Assembly (NCBI GenBank): GCA_016928605.1
Contig: JAFGKN010000545.1
Location: 1-39,560, forward strand
Reading direction: 5' to 3'
Length of the DNA stretch: 39,560 nt
Origin: Planctomycetota bacterium
GTDB lineage: Bacteria; Planctomycetota; UBA8108
How positions within the stretch are numbered: the stretch's first letter is position 1; each line of letters begins with the position of its first letter. Made by a program: the position numbers and the translations under genes. Of the stretch, positions 33,019 to 39,560 are shown in pieces. A model generated the notes under the pieces. It had not been told where the DNA came from, searched no databases, and worked only from the letters and a program-made list of their open reading frames with translations.

Positions 33019-33242
33019 CTCGACTCTGCCTAACTCGTTGTCCTGTTTGAGCTAAAGGCCCGGAGGCTCCACGGGGAAAACGAAAGAAACGCAGAATCTA
33101 TCACAGTTTCCACCAAATACCTCATCTTTTTTGGGAAATCGGGCGTCCTCGGCCCGGGTCGAGCCGCCCGCTCGCGGAGCCCGCTGCGGTTCCCCGTCGC
33201 TCGCCCGCAGCTCGCGAGGCCTGACCGCGGCCCAGCGAGACC

Positions 33243-33773
33243 TCAGAGCTTCTCCACCTGCCAGTACTCGAGATCGACCTGCGTCGCACGCCCGAAGATC
33301 GTCACGAGGACTCGCACCTGCCCCTTGCCCGGAAAGACCTCGTCCACCGTCCCGTCGAAGTTCTCGAAGGGCCCCTCCTTGATCTTCACTCCGTCGCCGG
33401 CTTCCAGATCGATGCGGAGCTCCGGAGTCTCCTCCTTGTCCTTGAGCGTGTTGAGGATCTTCTCCACCTCTGGAGGCGAGAGGGGGATCGGCTTCTGGAA
33501 GGAGCCCACGAAGTCCCCGATGCCAGGGGTTTCCTTGATCAGATACCAGACGTCGTCGGTCAAATCCATCTCGACGATGATGTAGCCGGGGTAGAGCTTC
33601 TTCTCGCGGTAGCGCTTCTTTCCCCCCTTGATCTCGGACACACGTTCGGTGGGCACTAGCACCGTGGGGATCGACTCCTCGAGGCCGGCGATCTGGATCT
33701 TCTTCAGGAGGCCCTCCTTGACGGACTCCTCCCTTCCGCTGGCCACGCGAAGGACATACCATTCATGCGCCAT
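33243..33773 (-). CDS. nusG: transcription termination/antitermination factor NusG
   Basis: MAHEWYVLRVASGRE. KOW block GDGVKIKEGPFENFDGTVDEV. Confidence 0.96.
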   Translation of the reverse strand: MAHEWYVLRVASGREESVKEGLLKKIQIAGLEESIPTVLVPTERVSEIKGGKKRYREKKLYPGYIIVEMDLTDDVWYLIKETPGIGDFVGSFQKPIPLSPPEVEKILNTLKDKEETPELRIDLEAGDGVKIKEGPFENFDGTVDEVFPGKGQVRVLVTIFGRATQVDLEYWQVEKL

Positions 33774-33826
33774 CTTCCCGAACCTCTCTCAGGAATCCGA
33801 ACCTGCCGATGCCCAGCGCCAGGGAG

Positions 33827-34240
33827 TCAAAACCACGAGGAGTACCAGCCGAAGCTCGCCGCGCGAAAGACGTTGTCGACGACGAAGATGAAGAACGCGA
33901 TCAAGAGCACCATGATCACCACCACGATCGACGCGTTGACTTCTTCCTTCTGCGAAGGCCACGTCACCTTGTTCTTCAGCTCGCTCTCGGTGTCGATCAG
34001 AAAGTCCGCCGTCACCGGCCGGTTGAAGAGCCAGTAGGCGAAGACCGCAGCCGCGATGAGCAGCGGGCCGTGGATCAAGTAGCGGTAGTCCAGCTGGAAC
34101 CCGATCCAGGGGATGGTCACATTCCCCGGGGCGAGCATCTCGTGGAGCTGGCCCAGCGCCCCCACCGCGCCCAGCAAGACCGCTGCCACGAGGGTCCCGC
34201 GCGCCCACTTCCCCTGACCTTCCTTGTAGATGCGAGCCAT
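33827..34240 (-). CDS. secE: preprotein translocase subunit SecE (long, multi-span form)
   Basis: C-terminal ELKNKVTWPSQKEEVNASIVVVIMVLLIAFFIFVVD. Sits in the slot before nusG. Confidence 0.9.
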   Translation of the reverse strand: MARIYKEGQGKWARGTLVAAVLLGAVGALGQLHEMLAPGNVTIPWIGFQLDYRYLIHGPLLIAAAVFAYWLFNRPVTADFLIDTESELKNKVTWPSQKEEVNASIVVVIMVLLIAFFIFVVDNVFRAASFGWYSSWF

Positions 34241-34277
34241 CGCTCTTTACTCAAAGCCCTTTGGAGACCAGTTAAGC

Positions 34278-34353
34278 TGGCAGGCCAGGAGGGACTCGAA
34301 CCCCCAACTTTCGGATTTGGAATCCGACGCTCTACCAATTGAACTACTGGCCT
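34278..34353 (-). tRNA. tRNA-Trp (anticodon CCA), CCA end encoded
   Basis: rc: AGGCCAG-TA-GTTC..GAGC-TCGGA-TTCCAAA-TCCGA-..GGGGG-TTCGAGT-CCCTC-CTGGCCT-G-CCA. Confidence 0.93.
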
Positions 34354-34452
34354 GCTCGAACAAGACTCACCGCACCGCAGATTCCTCGCAAGGCCTCGCC
34401 GCTTCGAGCCCTCCGGCAGCCGCGGCCTTCTCGCGCCCCGGCCGCCGAGCCA

Positions 34453-34626
34453 TCATTTCTTCTTCTCGGCGTGCTGCGTGTGCTTGCGGCACGTGCTGCA
34501 GTACTTCATCAGCGCGAGCTTGGGCGCTCCGCCCTTCACCCGCTTCGACGTCCGGTAGTTGCGCGACCGACACTCGGGACACTCGAGCGAAACATACTCC
34601 CGAGCCGCCGCTTTCTTCTTGGCCAT
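34453..34626 (-). CDS. rpmG: 50S ribosomal protein L33 (zinc-binding form)
   Basis: Not in the ORF track. rc translation: MAKKKAAAREYVSLECPECRSRNYRTSKRVKGGAPKLALMKYCSTCRKHTQHAEKKK followed by a stop. Confidence 0.9.
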   Translation of the reverse strand: MAKKKAAAREYVSLECPECRSRNYRTSKRVKGGAPKLALMKYCSTCRKHTQHAEKKK

Positions 34627-34689
34627 GTTGGGTTCGCTGGTTGCTCCGGCGCGGTCGTTCGGACGCGCCGGGCGACCGCGCCTCTCGAC

Positions 34690-35883
34690 TTACTCGATGA
34701 TCTTCGTGACGACTCCGGCACCTACCGTCCGGCCGCCTTCGCGGATCGCGAATCGCAGCTCTTTCTCCATGGCGATCGGCGTGATCAGCTCGATCTTCAT
34801 GGTGACGTTGTCGCCCGGCATGCACATCTCGGCGCCGCCGACCAGCTCCGTCGTGCCGGTCACATCGGTGGTGCGGAAGTAGAACTGCGGACGGTATCCG
34901 CTGAAGAAGGGAGTATGCCGGCCGCCCTCTTCCTTGGTCAGGCAGTAGACCTCTCCCTCGAACTTCGTGTGAGGAGTGATGCTCCCGGGCTTGGCGAGGA
35001 CCTGACCTCGGACGAGATCCTTCTTCTCGACGCCGCGCAGGAGACAGCCGACATTGTCGCCCGCCTGCCCGTCGGTCAGCGTCTTGTTGAACATCTCGAC
35101 TCCGGTGACCGTCGTCTTGCGGATGTCATGGCTGAGGCCCACGATCTCCACGTCGTCGCCGACCTTGACCACCCCGCGCTCGATCCTGCCGGTTCCGACC
35201 GTGCCGCGGCCCTTGATGCTGAACACGTCCTCGACGGGCATCAGGAAGGGCTTGTCGACCTCTCTCACAGGCTCCGGAACATAGCTGTCGACCGCGTCCA
35301 CCAGCTCCCAGATCGACTTGGTCTTCGTCTCGTCATCGATGTTCTCGAGCGCCTGCAGGGCCGAGCCCTTGATGATCGGGATCTCATCTCCGGGAAACTC
35401 GTACTTGGAGAGGAGCTCGCGCACCTCGAGCTCGACGAGCTCGAGCAGCTCCTCGTCATCGACCTGGTCCACCTTGTTCAGGTAGACGATGATCCGGGGG
35501 ACTCCCACCTGTCGGGCGAGGAGGATGTGCTCGCGGGTCTGGGGCATCGGCCCGTCGGCCGCGCTCACCACGAGGATCGCTCCATCCATCTGGGCGGCTC
35601 CGGTCACCATGTTCTTGACGTAGTCAGCGTGGCCCGGGCAATCGACGTGGGCGTAGTGCCGCTTGGCGGTCTCATACTCGACGTGGGCCGTATTGATCGT
35701 GATTCCGCGCTCTCTCTCCTCGGGGGCGTTGTCGATCGAGTCGAACGTGCGCTCCTTCGCGAGGCCCTTCTTCGCCAGAATCTGGGTGATCGCCGCGGTG
35801 AGGGTCGTCTTGCCATGATCCACGTGACCGATGGTTCCGACATTCACGTGCGGCTTGGTTCGCTTGAAAACATCCTTCGCCAT
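34690..35883 (-). CDS. tuf: elongation factor Tu
   Basis: Trimmed to ATG 35883: [28 protein letters not shown]. Also DCPGHADY and NKVD. 397 aa. Confidence 0.98.
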   Translation of the reverse strand: MAKDVFKRTKPHVNVGTIGHVDHGKTTLTAAITQILAKKGLAKERTFDSIDNAPEERERGITINTAHVEYETAKRHYAHVDCPGHADYVKNMVTGAAQMDGAILVVSAADGPMPQTREHILLARQVGVPRIIVYLNKVDQVDDEELLELVELEVRELLSKYEFPGDEIPIIKGSALQALENIDDETKTKSIWELVDAVDSYVPEPVREVDKPFLMPVEDVFSIKGRGTVGTGRIERGVVKVGDDVEIVGLSHDIRKTTVTGVEMFNKTLTDGQAGDNVGCLLRGVEKKDLVRGQVLAKPGSITPHTKFEGEVYCLTKEEGGRHTPFFSGYRPQFYFRTTDVTGTTELVGGAEMCMPGDNVTMKIELITPIAMEKELRFAIREGGRTVGAGVVTKIIE

Positions 35884-36174
35884 CTTCCTGGAGAACTCCT
35901 TTCTCTTCCGCGTCGAAACCTCGAGAGCGCTGTTCCCTCCTGCCGCGGAGAACGCCGCCTTCGCGGCGGATCCACCGCACCGCGCTGAGAGCCCGCCGCA
36001 GCAGCCCCGCCTGGCTCCGTCCCTCTGCGGGACTGCCGGTGCGCCTGCTGAAACAGGCTCCAAGCCTCACGAGAGCCTCTCGTGGACCGGAAACTCACGA
36101 TACTTCTCGGTGCGCCGCTCGGCCGGGACAGCCGGCGCCTCGACCCACCGCGGACGTCTGGGATCTCAAAAAAC

Positions 36175-36250
<76 letters not shown>

Positions 36251-36401
36251 TCGAATGCTCGATAACGGAAAGTCCATATATCTATCGGCACCAGCTCGGA
36301 AAGTCCAAACTCTTTCCGCCGACGGGCCATCCGGCCTCGCCGGCTCGAAGGCATCCCGCGCTCGAGCGACGGCACAACGAGGCGCCGGACCTGAGAGTAT
36401 C

Positions 36402-36475
36402 TGGAGCGGGTGGAGGGAATCGAACCCTCGTGACCAGCTTGGAAGGCTGGGGCTTTACCACTAAGCTACACCCGC
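36402..36475 (-). tRNA. tRNA-Gly (anticodon UCC), CCA encoded
   Basis: rc: GCGGGTG..CCAGC-CTTCCAA-GCTGG..GAGGG-TTCGATT-CCCTC-CACCCGC-T-CCA. Confidence 0.93.
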
Positions 36476-36539
36476 ACAGCTCGCGGCACCCCGCAGCGGA
36501 CCGGCCGGAAACCGGGCCTCGCGTCCTGTGACAGGTCTT

Positions 36540-36625
36540 TGGTGGGCAGGAGTGGATTCGAACCACTGAAGGCGATAGCCAACGGATTTACAGTCCGTCC
36601 CCTTTGGCCGCTTGGGTACCTGCCC
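36540..36625 (-). tRNA. tRNA-Tyr (anticodon GUA), long variable arm, CCA encoded
   Basis: rc: GGGCAGG..ACGGA-CTGTAAA-TCCGT-(variable arm)-AGTGG-TTCGAAT-CCACT-CCTGCCC-A-CCA. Confidence 0.92.
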
Positions 36626-36700
36626 AGAGAAACTCCGGACCTCACTGCGGTCCGGGACGGTCTCCGGCTCCCCCGGCTTCCTCCCCGGACTCATCCGGAA

Positions 36701-36772
36701 AGCTAGCGGTGGGACTTGAACCCACAACCACCGGTTTACAAAACCGGTGCTCTACCGTTGAGCTACGCTAGC
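36701..36772 (-). tRNA. tRNA-Thr (anticodon UGU), CCA not encoded
   Basis: rc: GCTAGCG..CCGGT-TTTGTAA-ACCGG..TGGG-TTCAAGT-CCCA-CGCTAGC-T. Confidence 0.92.
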
Positions 36773-36806
36773 CCAAAGTATCCAAGGGTTTACGTAAAGA
36801 CGGGAG

Positions 36807-36834
36807 ATTATACTCCCCGCCTCCGGCCATGCAA
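36807..36834 (-). promoter_or_regulatory. strong sigma70 promoter TTGCAT-16 nt-TATAAT for the tRNA-tuf unit
   Basis: rc of 36829..36834 is TTGCAT and rc of 36807..36812 is TATAAT. It lies 34 nt upstream of the tRNA-Thr(UGU) 5' end, with a T-tract just upstream. Confidence 0.75.
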
Positions 36835-36837
36835 GCG

Positions 36838-36864
36838 AAAAAAAGGCGGCCCTAAAGGGCTTCC
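36838..36864 (-). terminator. possible intrinsic terminator downstream of cysS
   Basis: Minus strand: GG.AA.GCCC-UUUA-GGGC.CG.CC, a 4-bp GC stem plus 2 outer bp across a 2x2 internal loop, followed by U7 (36844..36838). The stem is weak. Confidence 0.4.
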
Positions 36865-37050
36865 TCAGAGAGAGTTGCGGCATTTCCACGACCCCGGCTG
36901 GCGGCCTCTCGCGAGCGCGGCCTCTCGGCGGTTCCTCGCAGCTCCGGCCCGGGCAGTGCCCGCGAGGACCGCCCGGCGGCAGCCCGCGGGGAGATCCGAG
37001 CAGCCGTGCTGCGGAGAGCTCGCGCTCCGTGGCGGGGCCGCCCGCCCGGC

Positions 37051-38517
37051 TCACAGCACGCGGTGCCACCGCGTGCCCTCGCGCCCGTCCTTGATCGCGA
37101 TGCCCCGGTCGCGCAGCCAGTCGCGGATCCGGTCCGACTCGGCGAAGTCCCGCCGCCGCCGGGCCTCCGCCCTGCGGGCCACCCAGTCCTCGACCTCGTG
37201 GTCCGAGAGTCCTTCCGGCTCGCGGCCCGAGCCCTCCGCCGAGGCCCCCTCCACCTGAGGATCGAGGATCCCCAGCACGCGGTCCCAGGCGTTCAGCTGC
37301 CGTATGGCCCGCTCTCCGCTCGGCCGCTCCCCGCAGGTCTTGTAAGCCTCCCGGACGAATCCGTGAACCGCCGCGAGCGCTCCGGAGACGTTGAGGTCGT
37401 CGTCCATCGCCGATCGGAACTCTCCGTCCCACCGCCGCGCCAGGTCTTCGATTGCATCCAGGGCCCCCGGAGGAGGCGGCGTCTGCGGCAGCCCGTCCAT
37501 GTTCACGCGGAACTCCCGCAGATAGCGGATCGCCTCTCGGGCGCCCTCGACGCTCTCCATCGTGAAGTTGAGCTGGCTCCGGTAATGCGTGCCGATCAGA
37601 ACCGCGCGAATCTCCAGCCCCGTGCATCCTCTCCGCAGGAGATCGCGGATGGTGAAGAAGTTGCCGGCCGACTTGGACATCTTCCTTCGGTCGACCAGGA
37701 TGTGCCGCCGGTGCAGCCAGTAGCGGGCGAACACGCGGTCCCCGCCGCCCGAGGACTGAGCGATCTCGCACTCGTGGTGCGGGAAGATGTTGTCCTCGCC
37801 TCCGGTGTGGATGTCGAACACCTCCCCGAGGTACTTCCGGCTCATCGCCGAGCACTCGATGTGCCAGCCGGGAAAGCCGCGCCCCCAAGGACTGTCCCAC
37901 TGCATCAGATGGGCCGGATCCCTCTTCCAGAGGGTGAAGTCGAGAGGACCGCGCTTGAGGGGATCGGTGTCGACCCGGTGGCCGGCGATCAGCTCGTCCG
38001 TCGTGTTTCCGCTCAGGATACCGTAGCGGGGGTACCGCTCGATGGAGAAGTAGATCTGCCCCCCGGACTCGTACGCGAGGCCCTGGCTCATCAACTCCTC
38101 GATGAGCGCGATCATCTCCGGGATGTGCTCGGTGGCACGAGGATAGACGGCAGCCGGCAGCAGGTTGAGGATCTTGCGATCCTCGTGAAAGGCCTCCTCG
38201 TAGAACCGCGCGATCTGGAAGGGATCCTTCCTCTCCTCGCGCGCGGCCTTCTCCAGCTTGTCCTCGCCCTGAGCGTTCGCCAGATCGTCCTGCGTCAGGT
38301 GCCCCACGTCGGTGATGTTCATCACCTGGACGACCTCGAGCCCCGAGTACTCCAGGTAGCGGCGGAGGACGTCCGCCAGGAGAAACGACGCGAAGTTGCC
38401 CAGGTGCGCGAAGCTGTAGACCGTGGGGCCGCAGTTGTACATGCGCACCCTGCCCTCCTCGAGGGGCTCGAAGGGCTGCTTCGTTCTTCCGAGCGTGTTG
38501 TAGAGCTGCAGCGTCAT
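37051..38517 (-). CDS. cysS: cysteine--tRNA ligase
   Basis: Trimmed to ATG 38517 with a [24 protein letters not shown] (HIGH-type motif) and KMSKS present. Confidence 0.95.
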   Translation of the reverse strand: MTLQLYNTLGRTKQPFEPLEEGRVRMYNCGPTVYSFAHLGNFASFLLADVLRRYLEYSGLEVVQVMNITDVGHLTQDDLANAQGEDKLEKAAREERKDPFQIARFYEEAFHEDRKILNLLPAAVYPRATEHIPEMIALIEELMSQGLAYESGGQIYFSIERYPRYGILSGNTTDELIAGHRVDTDPLKRGPLDFTLWKRDPAHLMQWDSPWGRGFPGWHIECSAMSRKYLGEVFDIHTGGEDNIFPHHECEIAQSSGGGDRVFARYWLHRRHILVDRRKMSKSAGNFFTIRDLLRRGCTGLEIRAVLIGTHYRSQLNFTMESVEGAREAIRYLREFRVNMDGLPQTPPPPGALDAIEDLARRWDGEFRSAMDDDLNVSGALAAVHGFVREAYKTCGERPSGERAIRQLNAWDRVLGILDPQVEGASAEGSGREPEGLSDHEVEDWVARRAEARRRRDFAESDRIRDWLRDRGIAIKDGREGTRWHRVL

Positions 38518-38530
38518 GGATCCCTCGAGT

Positions 38531-39025
38531 TCACCGGGCTGTGGAGGCCAGCAGGACGACCACCTGAGCGGAGACCGCCCTCCCCTCTCCGACCGCGTCG
38601 CAAGACTCCATCGTCTTCGCCTTGACGTTGACCGCATCCCCTTCGATCGGCCAGAACGCGCCGAGGATCTCCTTCAATCTCTCGGAAATCCGCTGCTTGT
38701 AGGGCGAGAGCTTGACCTCCTGGAGGAATACGGTCGCATCGATATTCACGAGCGTGAACCCGCGATCCCGCGCCGCGGAGGCGGCATCCTCGACGAAGCG
38801 CGCGCTGGCGTGGCCCTTCCAGCGCGGATCGGTGTCGGGGAAGCGCTCGCCGATGTCGCCGCCGCCCACAGCCCCCAGGATCGCGTCGGTCAGCGCGTGG
38901 AGCAGGACATCGCCGTCGCTGTGGGCGACCGCTCCCAGCGCGGAGGGGATCTTCACGCCCCCCAGCCAGAGCTCCCGCCCCGGCTCGAGCCGGTGGATAT
39001 CAAAGCCGAGTCCCACGCGGTACAT
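38531..39025 (-). CDS. ispF: 2-C-methyl-D-erythritol 2,4-cyclodiphosphate synthase
   Basis: MYRVGLGFDIHRLEPGRELWLGGVKIP...HSDGDVLLHALTDAILGA. Confidence 0.95.
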   Translation of the reverse strand: MYRVGLGFDIHRLEPGRELWLGGVKIPSALGAVAHSDGDVLLHALTDAILGAVGGGDIGERFPDTDPRWKGHASARFVEDAASAARDRGFTLVNIDATVFLQEVKLSPYKQRISERLKEILGAFWPIEGDAVNVKAKTMESCDAVGEGRAVSAQVVVLLASTAR

Positions 39026-39033
39026 GGGGCCGG

Positions 39034-39039
39034 ATTATA
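39034..39039 (-). promoter_or_regulatory. isolated TATAAT hexamer 8 nt upstream of the ispF ATG (possible -10 of a leaderless mRNA)
   Basis: rc of 39034..39039 is TATAAT. No convincing -35 box. There is no SD between it and ATG 39025. Confidence 0.25.
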
Positions 39040-39077
39040 GGACAACGCCGGGGTCGGGGCTACCGCGAACCGAGGCG

Positions 39078-39239
39078 ATGGCGGTGGCGGTGGCCGTGAC
39101 CGTGACCGTGACCGTGACCGTGACGGTGACCGTGACCGTGACCGTGACCGTGACCGTGACCGTGACCGTGACCGTGACCGTGGCGGTGACCGTGGCGGTG
39201 ACCGTGGCGGTGACCGTGACCGTGGCGGTGACCGTGACC
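39078..39239. repeat. 27-unit imperfect hexanucleotide tandem repeat (GTGACC, with GTGGCG/GTGACG/GTGGCC variants)
   Basis: Counted directly in register from 39078 to 39239: 19 GTGACC, 5 GTGGCG, 1 GTGACG, 1 GTGGCC and 1 ATGGCG. Confidence 0.95.
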
Positions 39240-39300
39240 GCCGACGGCAACGCGCGGCAGCGGGCGGCGCCGGCCGGTCGATAGCGCGAGAGCGCCGCCC

Positions 39301-39482
39301 GGCTCTCCTTTCGGTGCTGGGTCCTTCCGGGAAGCGGCGCAACCGGCGCGCCAACCCGCGCGCGCTGTCACATCGCCTGCGCCGGTTTCCTTCGCACCGC
39401 GCGCCAACCGGGGCGCGCCCCCACGCGGGTTGTCACGCCGCCTGCGCCGTGGCGGGAAAAACCCAGCACCGAGAGGAGAGCC
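39301..39482. repeat. 22-bp inverted-repeat pair enclosing two ~45-bp direct repeats spaced 65 bp apart
   Basis: The rc of 39301-39322 (ggctctcctttcggtgctgggt) matches 39461-39482 (acccagcaccgagaggagagcc) at 21 of 22 positions. The direct repeats start at 39340 and 39405, with core TGTCACnnCGCCTGCGCCG at 39366 and 39431. Confidence 0.85.
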
Positions 39483-39486
39483 GAGC

Positions 39487-39560
39487 ATGAACTTCCTCGC
39501 CCTCGAAACCAGCCTCGACCTCATCCGCGCCCTGCGCCCCGCGACCGCAGCGCTCCGAGC
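39487..39560 (+). CDS. 5' end of an unidentified plus-strand CDS (MNFLALETSLDLIRALRPATAALR...) running off the right edge
   Basis: ATG 39487 with GAGAGGAGAG 39471-39480 (GGAG 8 nt upstream). The visible codons end mostly in C or G, as in the real genes here. Only 24 codons are visible. Confidence 0.5.
   Translation, partial: MNFLALETSLDLIRALRPATAALR

Noticed and set aside
33085-33135. AT-richer patch in the 224-nt nusG-rplK spacer (…TTGGTGGAAACTGTGATAGATTCTG…), examined as an rplK promoter or L1/L11 leader.
   Set aside because: A -10-like TAGATT is present, but no -35 box lies at 16-18 nt; TTGGTG is only 10 nt away. I could not recognise the L1-binding mimic by eye, so it is left unannotated.
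36266-36307. Two GGAAAGTCC strings resembling the RNase P RNA P4 motif (GAGGAAAGUCC).
   Set aside because: They are on the plus strand inside a minus-strand tRNA spacer, 31 nt apart. None of the other conserved RNase P regions is nearby. They are treated as spacer repeats instead.
39078-39482. Possible CRISPR array, given tandem repeats plus 65-bp-spaced repeats.
   Set aside because: The hexamer array has no spacers. The 65-bp-spaced repeats occur only twice, are only ~78% identical and are not palindromic in the CRISPR manner. No cas genes are in the window.
39060-39524. 154-aa minus-strand ORF ending in the (HG/HR)n repeat, considered as a bona fide His-rich protein gene.
   Set aside because: The first ~95 residues are Arg/Pro/Gly/Ala-rich with no SD. 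The ATG shares the CATG with the better-supported plus-strand start at 39487. There is no ATG/GTG/TTG with an SD close to the repeat. The coding possibility for the repeat itself is left open in the findings.

Overview
This is a visibly GC-rich bacterial chromosome segment. Almost every gene is on the minus strand and belongs to the core translation or transcription machinery. Reading the minus strand from right to left, the order is:
- ispF, cysS.
- A terminator and a strong sigma70-type promoter, then tRNA-Thr(UGU), tRNA-Tyr, tRNA-Gly, tRNA-Thr(GGU), tuf, rpmG, tRNA-Trp, secE, nusG.
- rplK-rplA-rplJ-rplL, rpoB-rpoC, rpsL-rpsG.
- An intrinsic terminator and a 282-nt spacer, then fusA.
- A consensus promoter and a ~360-nt leader, then rpsJ-rplC-rplD-rplW-rplB-rpsS-rplV-rpsC-rplP-rpmC-rpsQ-rplN-rplX-rplE-rpsN(Z type)-rpsH-rplF-rplR-rpsE-rplO-secY-map.
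- A terminator and a candidate promoter, then infA-rpmJ-rpsM-rpsK-rpoA-rplQ.
- A parvulin-type PPIase and a predicted lipoprotein alpha/beta hydrolase.

rpmD, adk, rpsD and a tuf copy after fusA are absent from their usual slots. rpmJ, rpmG and five tRNAs are not in the ORF track and were read directly from the sequence.

Many ORF-track entries are longest-ORF calls that use GTG/TTG starts, so they begin too far upstream. I trimmed them using typical N-termini, Shine-Dalgarno (SD) sequences and ATGA/GTGA overlaps. The long plus-strand ORFs are antisense shadows.

I see no multi-gene accessory system: no defence, toxin, mobile or biosynthetic genes. What remains unexplained is non-coding and sits at the two edges:
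- A 913-bp gene-free gap at the left, with a candidate promoter, a 101-nt nested-helix element and phased repeats.
- A 461-bp divergent region at the right, with a 27-unit hexanucleotide repeat and a 22-bp inverted repeat that covers the SD of an outward-facing gene.

Several operon-internal spacers also carry a terminator, a promoter or a long leader.
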